Numbered from the whole stretch's first letter, positions 13,576 to 26,107 are shown. The stretch: DNA of 63,550 nucleotides, filler included, from Octopus bimaculoides (GCF_001194135.2; 10 parts of 10 records of this genome joined end to end with filler, not necessarily neighbours in it), one strand, 5' to 3'. Program-made: numbers and translations. Notes: generated by a model from the sequence alone, not told the origin.

Positions 13576-14419
13576 ATTCAGAGGATGTGTACAGCATTTC
13601 CAAATTTTGAAATTTCCACAAATAGACTTGTACTACAGGGATCCGTTCTTGTACCCGCTCTTTACAACCTACACTTCTTATGTGGTAGGCTTAATTTTGA
13701 GTTATATGGTTAACCCCGTCGCCTGGTCTAATAATACTATTTAGTTCTTTGCGTCCACTTTTTGCGAGCACCATTTGGGCATTTGGGCCAGATTTCTGGT
13801 TTGGAGATAACCGTATACTTCCATATTCCACACCTTACCCATTCTCAGAGGCGATGTCAAGGGTTATATTGTTATAGTATATGCAATAATTAAATCATAA
13901 ATAATGTTCTTTATCGTGTTTTGTTACGCGTGTGATTCCTCGGTTTCTAGCAAAATTTGTCTTGTATGAAACCAATAAGATACATGAATACTGAAAAAAA
14001 AACACAGACGAGATAGTTATGGTTAGAATGCTTTTTGTTCATTGATCTCTCGTCTTTTTCTCGCCTAAACCCAGACCTAGCATCACATTCCTTTCTAGCT
14101 GCTGAATAGCCAGCCAGCCTGCCTGCTTCCCTCTCTCTCTCTCTCACTTTCTCTGTTAGTCTTTGCCTCTTGTCTTTCTGTCCCTTTATCATCTTAATCT
14201 CCCTTTCATACTGCTTGATTGCCGGTTTGCCTGCTTGTCTCCATCGCTGTCTTCTAGTCTTCCAGCCTCTTCTTTTCTATTCGTTTCTCCCAGCCAATCA
14301 GAAAACGTTGTGGCCAACACTTTTAACAAGAACTTCTGTCCAACATCGACGCTGCAAATTGGGGCGTTGATACGACACGCTGCCATTCACTTGGCGAATT
14401 GGCGGGTTTGTTAAGAGCG

Positions 14420-14627
14420 AAGGATTTTCTTTGCTTCTACTTGCTTCAGTCAATTGTACTGCAGCTGTGCTCGTCTTGAAGAATTTAACTGAACATATCG
14501 AGACCAGTTTAAAGCCTGATATTTATTCTGTTGATCACTTATACCGAACCGCTAGGCTATAAGACGTAAACAAACCAGCACCGTTTGTCAAGTGATAGAC
14601 ACACACACATATATATATGTATACACA

Positions 14628-14668
<41 letters not shown>

Positions 14669-15185
14669 TTTTTTGAGAAGTCCACTGTGCGGCGTTATNN
14701 NNNNNNNNNNNNNNNNNNNNNNNNNNNNNNNNNNNNNNNNNNNNNNNNNNNNNNNNNNNNNNNNNNNNNNNNNNNNNNNNNNNNNNNNNNNNNNNNNNNN
14801 NNNNNNNGCGAAGGATTTTCTTTGCTTCTACTTGCTTCAGTCAATTGTACTGCAGCTGTGCTCGTCTTGAAGAATTTAACTGAACATATCGAGACCAGTT
14901 TAAAGCCTGATATTTATTCTGTTGATCACTTATACCGAACCGCTAGGCTATAAGACGTAAACAAACCAGCACCGTTTGTCAAGTGATAGACACACACACA
15001 TATATATATATACATATATACGACGGGCTTCTTTCAGTTTCCGTCTACCAAATCCACTCACAAGGCTTTGGTCGGCCCGAGGCTATAGTAGAAGACACTT
15101 GCCCAAGATGCCACGCAGTGGGACTGAACCCGGGACCATGTGGTTGGTAAGCAAGCTACTTACCACACAGCCACTCCTACGCCTA
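14420..15185 (-). mobile_element. SINE family A copy; 3' half duplicated across an assembly gap
   Basis: Family A sequence. 14417-14620 is repeated at 14808-15008 on the other side of the Ns. Confidence 0.75.
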
Positions 15186-15310
15186 TATATATGTAGATAT
15201 ACACGTAGGCTCGAAACGTTAAAGACTTTTTCAATTCCCGAGCGTTATACTAATACATCTATTTGTTTTCTACACCACCTGTCTTCGTCTGTTGTTGTTT
15301 TTTTGTGAAT

Positions 15311-15352
<42 letters not shown>

Positions 15353-15809
15353 GTATCTTCTGCTATAGCCCCGGGTCGACCAAAGCCCTGTGAGTAGATT
15401 TGGTAGGGACTGAACCCGAAACCCCGTGGTTGCAAAGAGCGTTTCTTACCCACACAACCATGCCTGTACTTATGGCTAGTAAAAAAAAAAAAATTTTTAA
15501 AAAGTGTTTTGAATTTGTGATGGTTATCTCTGCTCCGGGGACGAATCCCACCGCGGTCAATCTTTACTTTTCATTCCTTAAAGAACCAAACCAGTCTGCT
15601 GGAAGTGTTAGGGAGTCGAATGAGATGTCTTGAGAAATTTGTTCTGGATGTCTGGGCCCTTAGTTCGAATCTTGCTGCAGTCAATATTGTATTTCAGTTC
15701 CCGACATCGATAAGGACCAGACAAGTACTAAGATCAACTCAATCGACTACCTTCTCCTACCAAATCCTGATCTTGTATACTGCTAGAAATAATAGCTATT
15801 TCAAATTTT

Positions 15810-16200
15810 GATACAAGGCCAGCAATTTTAAGGAAAGGAGTTACTACTCGATTGCATAGACCTCAAATAATAATTCTGTTATAAACATAGGATCTAAAAT
15901 TTGGGGCAACGGATTTAGTTGATTACATGGACCCCATTGAGCCACTGGTGCTTATTTCATCAACCCCCCAAGAGCACGCAGGGCAAAATCGGCCTCGGCG
16001 GAATTTGAACTCCGGAAATAAAGCCTCAAGAAACGCTGCTTAGCATTTTGTCCTGCATGCTAATGATTCCGCCAGCTTGCTGACCTGTCAACTCTAAACA
16101 ATAATAATCCTTTCTACTAATCCTTTCACCCAAGTATTTCACTGGTATTTCATTTATCGACCCCATAAGGATGAAAGGCAAAGTCGGCTTCGGCGGATTG
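15810..16200 (-). mobile_element. SINE family B copies (tandem)
   Basis: Reverse copies of the family B core. Confidence 0.7.
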
Positions 16201-16449
16201 TGTTATTGACCACTCATTGTTCGACATTTACGTATATATATAAGGTTGAGGAGGGTATTGGATTTAACCAAACCCAAGAGGATACAGGTAATAACCGAGT
16301 AAGTGCTGTATACCAACTAGTTTGCCCCAGTCGTTGTATGAACAGGATTGGGTATTATAAGTCGTGTATTAGCGTGTGTATATGTAAATATATAAAAATA
16401 AAAAGATAAAGAGAGCAAAGGTAAGGTTGGAGAAGTATTTTATGGATAG

Positions 16450-16501
16450 AGTCTTACAGCTGTTTCTGGGAAGATCCAGTACTTTCCCTTCATCGGAGTC
16501 A
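16450..16501 (-). ncRNA. Minimal type I hammerhead ribozyme-like motif, Penelope-type, CCGAUGA core
   Basis: Minus strand reads CCGATGA-AGGGAAAG(TACTGGAT)CTTCCCA-GAA-ACAGCTGT-A, with a palindromic helix III and a GUA cleavage triplet. Stem I is imperfect. Confidence 0.6.
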
Positions 16502-17269
16502 GAAAAAATAAATTAGTCTATTATTATATCCATAGGCGGATATTTTTTAGTATGAAGTGGTAAAGAGTGTGATGTGCTNNNNNNNNNNNNNNNNNNNNNN
16601 NNNNNNNNNNNNNNNNNNNNNNNNNNNNNNNNNNNNNNNNNNNNNNNNNNNNNNNNNNNNNNNNNNNNNNNNNNNNNNNNNNNNNNNNNNNNNNNNNNNN
16701 NNNNNNNNNNNNNNNNNNNNNNNNNNNNNNNNNNNNNNNNNNNNNNNNNNNNNNNNNNNNNNNNNNNNNNNNNNNNNNNNNNNNNNNNNNNNNNNNNNNN
16801 NNNNNNNNNNNNNNNNNNNNNNNNNNNNNNNNNNNNNNNNNNNNNNNNNNNNNNNNNNNNNNNNNNNNNNNNNNNNNNNNNNNNNNNNNNNNNNNNNNNN
16901 NNNNNNNNNNNNNNNNNNNNNNNNNNNNNNNNNNNNNNNNNNNNNNNNNNNNNNNNNNNNNNNNNNNNNNNNNNNNNNNNNNNNNNNNNNNNNNNNNNNN
17001 NNNNNNNNNNNNNNNNNNNNNNNNNNNNNNNNNNNNNNNNNNNNNNNNNNNNNNNNNNNNNNNNNNNNNNNNNNNNNNNNNNNNNNNNNNNNNNNNNNNN
17101 NNNNNNNNNNNNNNNNNNNNNNNNNNNNNNNNNNNNNNNNNNNNNNNNNNNNNNNNNNNNNNNNNNNNNNNNNNNNNNNNNNNNNNNNNNNNNNNNNNNN
17201 NNNNNNNNNNNNNNNNNNNNNNNNNNNNNNNNNNNNNNNNNNNNNNNNNNNAATCAACCCCAGTACTTT

Positions 17270-17808
17270 TTTTAAAGCCTGATACATCTTCTATTAGTTT
17301 TTCTTTTCCTTATGCCGAACTGCTTAAGTTACGGGGACGTAAGCACACAAACATCAGCTGCCAAGTGGTGATGGGGACAAACACACACACACACACACAC
17401 ATACACAGATTATCGATATGCTCTTTTACTCTTTTACTCGTCTCAGTCATTTGACTGCGGCCATGCTGGAGCACCGCCTTTAGTCGAGCAACTCGACCCC
17501 AGGACTTATTCTTTGTAAGCCTAGTACTTATTCTATCGGTCTCTTTTGCCGAAGCACTAAGTTACGGGGACGCAAACACACTAGCATCGGTTGTCAAGCA
17601 ATGTTGGGGGAGGGGACAAACAGATACACAAACATATACACACACATATATACGACGGGCTTCTTTCAGTTTCCGTCTACCAAATCCACTCACAAGGTTT
17701 TGGTCGGCCCGCGTCTATAGTAGAAGACACTTGCCCAAGATGCCACGCAGTGGGAATGAACCCGGAACCATGTAATTGGTAAGCAAGCTACTTACCACAC
17801 AGCCACTT
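17270..17808 (-). mobile_element. SINE family A (one full and one partial copy)
   Basis: Sequence identity to family A. Confidence 0.85.
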
Positions 17809-18399
17809 CTAATTTTAACATAGGCGTGGCTATGTCATAAGAAGTTTGCTTCCTAACAACATGGTCGCGGGTTCAGTCCTACAGGGCTTTGGTCAGCTCA
17901 AGGCTACAGTAGATGACACTTGCTTGAAGTACCACGCAGTGGGGCTGAACCCGGAACTATGTGGTTGGGAAGCAAACTTCTCACCACATAGCCACGCTTA
18001 AGTTAAAAATAGAAATATATATTTTATGTGAATATCGAGACATAATTAAATTAGCTTCTACTGGGACGCCAACACCATAATAATTTAATCAACCAATATT
18101 CTAGTACCTATCGAAAATAATTACATAATAAATTTGGCGCTAATTAATTACTGTTCAACAAGTCAAGAAATGTTCTGTTATTATCCTTAAAATTCCTAAA
18201 AACCAACTTGTGTGTGAGTGTGTATGTGTGTGTGTGTGTTAATTTAAGGTTATTAGTTTAACGGAAAAACTATAGAATACATTTACTAAAGGATATACAG
18301 TTGTACAAAAGACGGGTGACGAACCTACGAAACTTTAAGTTACGTAGGTTTGAATACAAATTGTTTAAAACAACAACAACAACAATAATTATAATAATC

Positions 18400-18607
18400 T
18401 TTTCTACTAAAGGCACAAAGTCTGAAATTTGCGGAGAGGGTACTAATCGATTACATCGATCCCAATGTTTGACCTCGAAATGATGAAAGGCAAAATCGAC
18501 TTTGGTGGAATTTGAACTTAGAACGTAAGGAGGGGCAAAATGCCGCTAAGCATTTTGCTCGGTGTGCTAACGATTCTGCCAGCTCGCTATATTAACAACA
18601 AAAACAA

Positions 18608-18641
<34 letters not shown>

Positions 18642-18866
18642 AATGATGATGCTGATTTCAAATTTTTGCCACAAGTGCAGCTTGTGGGAGGGCATTAAGT
18701 CGATTATATCGACTCCAATGCGTAACTGGCACTTATTTAATCGACCCCGAAAGGATGAAAGGAGGGGTCGACCTCAGCGGAATTTGAACTCTGAACATAG
18801 CGGCAGACGAAATACCGCTAAGAATTTCGCCCGGCATACTAACGATTCTACCATCTTGCTGCCTTA
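18400..18866 (-). mobile_element. Two tandem SINE family B copies
   Basis: Family B core twice, separated by (AAC)n. Confidence 0.8.
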
Positions 18867-18886
18867 ACAACAGCAACAACAACAAC

Positions 18887-18944
<58 letters not shown>

Positions 18945-19994
18945 TATGTTTGTGAATATGCAATTTCAATGCACCATGCTGAGCATTCATGCAAATGCAC
19001 ACATGCCCACGTAACTTCCTGCATGCTGAAATCCTACAGCATGAAGGTTGCCAAACGACCGAAATTCTATAGAAGTCACCTGCTGAAAATTATACATATT
19101 TGAGGAAATGAGTTAGTCGATTAGATCGCCCAGTACTTGTCTGGAATCATTTTTAATTCTATTATCTCTGAAAGTATGAAAAGCAAATTTGAGTAGAGTA
19201 GCATTTGAACCCGAACCAAATACAGTAGGTACTTTAGTCCGATGCTCCACAGGTTTTGGTTGTCCATCGCTCAATTATAATTGTTTGCTCTTCTGAAATT
19301 TAGTGCTGAAATCTCCATCAGGATTAATCAATTAAAAAATACCAGTCATTTACTGGGGGAAGACAAAAATCAACTACTCAAACACACAGTTTATGACATT
19401 GTGTCGAATTAAGAAATCCACAAAATTACATATTCTTGTCGATTTCTTAATTCCACACAATTTCCCATTAGCTGTTGGATCTTACTCTGAAATGTCACTG
19501 ATACACAAGCAGACAGAAACACACACACACACAACCTTCTCCCACTCTCACTGTTGTTGATTTCGAAAAACAGTCACGTTTTTTTTAGAGATCCACTCAG
19601 CAGATATTTTTTCCGGAATGAAAATAATTTTTTTTTTTTTTTTGTGCAGTTACGAACGAAAGTATTTGAAATATGTAAACGTTCGCCCCCATTACCCTGA
19701 AATGGGAAAAGATTCATTCTTAAATATGTATTGTTGTGTTTACTTATTTCTGCAAAATATCCACTTTGTTTTTGGTTATTAGTGGTGCAGTATAACTATT
19801 TCTGGAGTAGCAGGAAGAGAAAGTCGTTAATTTATCGATCCCGAAAGGATGCAAGGCAAAGGCAAAGTCAACCTCGACGGAATTTGAACTCAGAACGTAG
19901 CTACGGGCGAGATATTGCTAAGCACTTCGTCCATCGTGCTACCAATTCTGCCAGCTCACCGCTTTCAATAATAATATTGATGATAGTTTAGGGA

Positions 19995-20416
19995 ACTAAG
20001 ATTGCAGATATTGCAATATTTGGGGATGCAAGCGTAAGTGACAAAGAACTAGAAAAGATTGAAAAGCACAGACTACTGAAAGACGAAATTGCAAGAATGT
20101 AGACTATGAGAAGAGTGTCTGTCATTCCAGTAGTCGTAAGGGGCACTCGGAGCACTAACAACCAAATTCTAGAAATATGACAGAGAAATCGGAATTGACA
20201 TGAGAGCAGAGCAAGCCCCCAAAACTGCGCTGCTGGGGACAGCTAGAAATATTGAGATTGGTCCTTGGATTTTGAATGTCTCCCACGATAATTAACAACC
20301 GAATATCAAAGCTTATAATGTGCAGAAAGAGACCCTGTGAGACCCCTGATAGCAGGCTGCTGTCCGCTCTCACAGAATCTACCAGAGCAAACATGACCGA
20401 GCGCACTGAGAAGTAA

Positions 20417-20480
<64 letters not shown>
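19995..20480 (+). mobile_element. 5'-truncated R4/Dong-like LINE 3' end with (TAA)n tail
   Basis: Reads KIADIAIFGDASVSDKELEKIEKH..LKDEIARM*..VSVIPVVV.ALG...TALLGTARILRLVLG (endonuclease C-terminus, with stops and frameshifts), then a 3' UTR and (TAA)n. Confidence 0.82.
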
Positions 20481-20482
<2 letters not shown>

Positions 20483-20483
<1 letters not shown>

Positions 20484-20585
20484 TGTAGCAGACTGGGCCA
20501 AAATCACGACACAAGGAGACACGAAAACGTGGTTTTGCTTATTCACTGGAGACTGTGTGAAAAGTACGGTCTGCGTTACGAAGAA
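20483..20585 (+). mobile_element. R4/Dong-like LINE internal fragment (CCHC region)
   Basis: Reads CSRLGQN.DTRRHENVVLLIHWRLCEKYGL, resembling the R4 motif C..LA...Y..RH.NV...IHW.LC.KYGL. Flanked by (TAA)n on both sides. Confidence 0.7.
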
Positions 20586-20604
20586 ATAATAATAATAATA
20601 ATAA

Positions 20605-20818
20605 TCCTTTCTACTATAGGCGCAAGGCCTGATATGTTGGGGGAGGGGGCTAGTTGATTACATTGACCCCAGTATGCAACTGGTACTTAATTTATCGACC
20701 CCGAAAGGATGAAAGGCGAAGTCGACCTCGGTGGAATTCGAAATCAGAATGTGTAACAGCAGACGAATGTAACAAGCATTTCGCCTGGCACGCTAATGAT
20801 TCTGCCAGCTCACCGCTT
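20605..20818 (-). mobile_element. SINE family B copy
   Basis: Full reverse copy between (AAT)n tracts. Confidence 0.85.
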
Positions 20819-20840
20819 TAATAATAACAACGACAACAAC

Positions 20841-20918
<78 letters not shown>

Positions 20919-21973
20919 GATGATAAATTAATATTATTATTACTGCTGTTGTTATAATTATCATTGAATTTGCTCTCGTCATAGTTGCCTGTTGCGGTTA
21001 TAAATAGCTAACTAAGCTAATCCCAGCCTCAATTAAATGTCTAATTAATTAAGCGCTACGATTTACAAGCAAGCAATCTAGTGGACGCCATACATTAATC
21101 ATACACACACTCAGAGCATTTATGCCAGTCATGGCGATCATTATCATTTCTGCTTCATTTATGTTTAAACCAGATTGAAAATAGAAACCAATAAAACTCA
21201 GACATTGAAACAAATAAAGCCAATGAAAGCAAAACCGACAAATTGTTAGCAAACCGGAAGTTGCTATGACACCGTCTGTTAGCAAAGAGGAGTCGAGATT
21301 ATTTATTTATTACCAACAGAAAATTGTTATTAAAACTTAATTATATAAAATATTTATATGATCTGCTGTTTGTTAATGTTTGTTTTCTTTTGTTTAGTAG
21401 TTTTTATCGTAATTTTGTTGTTATTTATATATATATATTTTATAATGTTGTTTTGGTATGTTTACTTGTTTTTATTACGTTATTGTTGTTATGAAATAAG
21501 GGAATGGTTGTTGATATTTTCGTTTCGTTTTGTTTTGGTTTTGTTTTTAATTGAAATAAATCGCTTTTGAAAATTTCGTTTAACGCAAATGGGTATTTAG
21601 AAATTGGAAATTGGAAACTGGAAGTTAGAATTATTGTCTGCTTGCAGGAAGAGAAAATGGAAACAAGAACGGTAACGACAGTAATGGCGATCACAAGAGG
21701 ACGACGGCGACAAAGAAATCGTGGAAATTATAGAATTGGTAAACCAAAACAGATAATCTAGAGAAGAATTTCATACGAGGTTTTATACTAAACGAAAGTT
21801 TTACATTTTTGGTAGGATGGAGGTTTAGTACCACGAGTTGGTAGGGGGGTGAGCTGAAGATATAACTGATTTTATTCCAGGAGGAAAGAAGAAGAAGAAG
21901 AAGAAGAAGAAGAAGAAGAAGAAGAAGAAGAAGAAGAAGAAGAAGAAGAAGAAGAAGAAGAAGAAGATGATGA

Positions 21974-22010
<37 letters not shown>

Positions 22011-22454
22011 TCCAAATTTTGCCAGAAGGGCAGCAATTTTGGGGAGGTGATGAGTCGATTACATCGACCCCAGTGTTCAACTGGTACTTCCTCGGCGGAA
22101 TTTGAATTCAGAACGTGAAGACGGGACGAAGTGCCGCTAAGCATTATGCTCGGCGTGCTAACCATTCTACCAGCTCGCCGCCTTAAATAATAATAATAAT
22201 AATAATTTTTGAACTCAGAATGTAAAGAGGTGGAAGAAATGCCAGGCATTATGTGCAACACCCTCAAGATTCTGCAACCTGACCGTCTTACGTATATGGC
22301 TTTTAGTTTCAAATTTCTATGTCCTGGTTTAAGAACCAGATGTCTCCCTTGTTCTTTATAATTCTTGTGTTTAAATCAGATGCCAGAGTTTAGGGAATGC
22401 TTCCTACACCTTCAGACCAATGATAATCAAAAAGGGGGAGTCGAAATTGTAACG

Positions 22455-22488
<34 letters not shown>

Positions 22489-22519
22489 TTATTTAAAAGC
22501 AGCAGAAATATAACAAAAG

Positions 22520-22559
22520 ACTGTTACTCTGAGTTTCACGTTCCCGTTCATCGGACAGT
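22520..22559 (-). ncRNA. Minimal type I hammerhead ribozyme fold with U4-to-C core variant
   Basis: Minus strand reads ACTGT-CCGATGA-ACG(GGAA)CGT-GAA-ACTC(A)GAGT-A-ACAGT. Stem I is 5 bp perfect, stem II is 3 bp, helix III is quasi-palindromic, and the triplet is GUA. Confidence 0.72.
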
Positions 22560-23097
22560 TTTGTTAGAAATGCTTANNNNNNNNNNNNNNNNNNNNNNNN
22601 NNNNNNNNNNNNNNNNNNNNNNNNNNNNNNNNNNNNNNNNNNNNNNNNNNNNNNNNNNNNNNNNNNNNNNNNNNNNNNNNNNNNNNNNNNNNNNNNNNNN
22701 NNNNNNNNNNNNNNNNNNNNNNNNNNNNNNNNNNNNNNNNNNNNNNNNNNNNNNNNNNNNNNNNNNNNNNNNNNNNNNNNNNNNNNNNNNNNNNNNNNNN
22801 NNNNNNNNNNNNNNNNNNNNNNNNNNNNNNNNNNNNNNNNNNNNNNNNNNNNNNNNNNNNNNNNNNNNNNNNNNNNNNNNNNNNNNNNNNNNNNNNNNNN
22901 NNNNNNNNNNNNNNNNNNNNNNNNNNNNNNNNNNNNNNNNNNNNNNNNNNNNNNNNNNNNNNNNNNNNNNNNNNNNNNNNNNNNNNNNNNNNNNNNNNNN
23001 NNNNNNNNNNNNNNNNNNNNNNNNNNNNNNNNNNNNNNNNNNNNNNNNNNNNNNNNNNNNNNNNNNNNNNNNNNNNNNNNNNNNNNNNNNNNNNNNN

Positions 23098-23142
<45 letters not shown>

Positions 23143-23182
23143 TACATATATTTTATATTATATTATATTATATTATATATAG

Positions 23183-23233
<51 letters not shown>

Positions 23234-23562
23234 CTAAAACTATTATACATACTAATATCTATATGTATGTGTATGAGTGTTGTCCGTGTGTTCACGCGCG
23301 CACGCGGGGTGTTTGAAAGCTTGGCTGGCATTTCGTGCCAAGCTTTAAAAATATTAACTATGCCACCAGTTAATTAGCAAAGAGATTAGCTATGAGGAAA
23401 TAATTCAATTTGCATAAATTATTTTTGTTTTTTTTTTACTTTTCTTTTCTTTTATTTTATTTAGTTATTTTGCATTTGTCGTTGTAATTATTATTATTTA
23501 TCAACGAATTATTTGAAAGTGGTATGAATTTTGTAATAATCTCCTCTGCTCGTGGGCGTGGG

Positions 23563-23617
23563 GCAATGACAAAGATGACGACGACGACGACGACGACGGT
23601 GATGATGATGATGACAG

Positions 23618-23657
<40 letters not shown>

Positions 23658-23735
23658 AATCATGATGGTGATGATGATGATGACGACGATGATGATGACG
23701 ATAATCATGATGGTGATGGTGATGATGATGATGAT
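23563..23735. repeat. Compound (GAT/GAC)n microsatellite
   Basis: Direct inspection. Similar trinucleotide tracts lie at 1-140, 21888-22008, 48700-48990, 51550-51700 and 53484-53662. Confidence 0.9.
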
Positions 23736-24207
23736 CTCCGTTTCATTTAATCCCCACATTATGTGTATTCAGGCGTCCAGTTGACAGGATCTCAAGCGCG
23801 TCAGGCTAAATGCAGGATAGCATTTGTTCCCCGTTTTAATGGTGTGAGTCCACATATCACCAAGGTTAACTTTTCTCTTTCATCATTTCGGGGTCCGATA
23901 AAATTAAGGACCAATCTCGCACTGGGGTCAATGTAATCGATTTCCGCCCCCCCCCCAAACACCCCCACACCACCCATTAACATTTTTATGACCTTAAAAC
24001 ATTCAACGGATCGGCGTTCCTTTCAATGTGGAGGATTGTGATCTCGGTTCTACGACATGGAAGACGGGTAACTGGCCTTGAGCCCTTTGGCTCGAGAAAA
24101 AGTGAGANNNNNNNNNNNNNNNNNNNNNNNNNNNNNNNNNNNNNNNNNNNNTTAATTAATTAANNNNNNNNNNNNNNNNNNNNNNNNNNNNNNNNNNNNN
24201 NNNNNNN

Positions 24208-24532
24208 ACGATCTCGCTCGAAAATCCTACGAAGGCCAGTCAGGCGGTACTGACAACGGCCATGTTCAAAATGGTGTCTTTTATGTGCCACCTGCACAAG
24301 AGCCAGTCCAGGGGCACTGGCAACGATCTCGCTCGAAAATCCTTACACATGTCACTGACACAAGTGCCAGAAAGGCGACGCTGGGCACAAGTGTTATACC
24401 GATTTCGCTTTCGCTTGCTCCAATAAGTCTTTGCAAGCTGAGTTACATGTCCAATGAAGGAGACGACGTTGGCACGGGTGCCAGTCGTCGAATTTAGTTC
24501 GACCTCACTTGCCTCAACAAGTCTTCACAAGC
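24208..24532 (-). mobile_element. RTE LINE 3' UTR fragment with internal tandem repeats
   Basis: Shares the ACGATCTCGCTCGAAAATCC...CCAGTCCAGGGGCACTGGCA units with 59340-59540. Confidence 0.7.
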
Positions 24533-25329
24533 GGATAGATATATAGCTTGTTTTTAAAATAAAAAAGTTGATTATACTTAAGACTAATTATTTTGCCTTA
24601 CTTTTTTCATGATATTTTACCTCACAATTTTTTTGATACAAATTTTTGTTTGCATGCGATCAAAACTATGAAATTCCTCATATTTTCTTCTATCATTGAA
24701 TCTAAGATATATATATTTTGCTTATAAGATAAAAAAGTAAAAAAGTTATTTAGATATGTTTCTAAAAGAAAAGAAAGAGAAAAACAAAAGAACTCTTGTG
24801 TCATTAGATGTTTCTAAAATAAACAAGGAAGACAAAAAAAAAAAAGAATTTGAGTTGTTAACTGTGTTGTTAAAAGAAAGAAGAAGCAAAATAACTTTTG
24901 TTGTTAAGTGACTCTTAATTAACGAACTTTGTGATGTTGTTAAAATGATTGAAAGAAAAAAAAGAAAAAGAAACTTTGTAATGTTAAATGTTTGAAAAGA
25001 ACTTTGTTGTTTAAACGTGTTTTTGTTTGAAGGAACAGAAGGTAAGAAAAAAAAGAAAAAGAACTTTCCAAAGAACTATTGTTATTGAATGTTGCTTTTG
25101 TTTTCAGACTCCGCATTCGAGTTACCTCTTATTATTATTACTACTACTACTATTGTTAATATTATTCAGTAGTCTTATTTTTATCACATGCTTTCACTGC
25201 ACTACCAAGCGTAGTTCTGTGTGCCTTAGGTTTGTGCTGTGGTGCTCTTATTTTCGCAGTATTGAAAGTGTTTTATGCAGGATGTCCTTCTCCCTCCCTC
25301 CCTCTCTCTTTATATATTTCTTTCTTTCT

Positions 25330-25747
25330 TTCTTTCTCTTTATACTCTTTACTCTTTTACTTGTTTCAGTCATTTGACTGCGGCCATGCTGGTGCACCGC
25401 CTTTTAGTCGAGCAAATCGACCTCAGGACTTATTTTTTGGAAGCCTAGTACTTATTCTATCGGTCTCTGTTGCCGAACCGCTAAGTTACAGGGACGTAAA
25501 CACACCAGCATCGGTTGTCAAGCGATGTTGGGGGGACAAACACAGACACACAAACACATACATATATATATATACATATATATGACGGGCTTCTTTCAGT
25601 TTCTGTCTACCAAATCCACTCACAAGGCTTTGGTCGGCCCGAGGCTATAGTAGAAGACACTTGCCCAAGGTACCACGCAGTGGGACTGAACCCAGAACCA
25701 TGTGGTTGGTAAGCAAGCTACTTACCACACAGCCACTCCTGCGCCTA
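25330..25747 (-). mobile_element. Near full-length, well-conserved SINE family A copy
   Basis: Complete head, core, microsatellite and tail structure. Confidence 0.92.
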
Positions 25748-26107
25748 TATATTTCTCTTTCTCTATCCCTCTTTATCTATTTCTCCCATCTATCTCTTTC
25801 TCTCTATAATATATATCTCTTTCTTTCTATAATATATATCTCTTTCTTTCTTTCTCNNNNNNNNNNNNNNNNNNNNNNNNNNNNNNNNNNNNNNNNNNNN
25901 TTAATTAATTAANNNNNNNNNNNNNNNNNNNNNNNNNNNNNNNNNNNNNNNNNNNNTGTCACTGAAAAATGTGTAAAGTGTTATAGATAAATCAAACTAT
26001 ATGCCCTATTCTCACATTGCTTAATTAAATAGAGTCGCATGAAACGATCGTACTGCATTAACTTTGGATATCCTTGTTGCTTATTTTGACTATATATATG
26101 TGTGTGT

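Noticed and set aside
14417-15008. Exact ~200-bp direct duplication
   Set aside because: The copies are identical and sit on either side of a gap, most likely unmerged overlapping contig ends.
21684-21730. MAITRGRR resembles the vertebrate Rictor N-terminus (MAAIGRGR)
   Set aside because: It is on the wrong strand and the wrong side of the RICTOR exons. The low-complexity Arg-rich match is likely chance.
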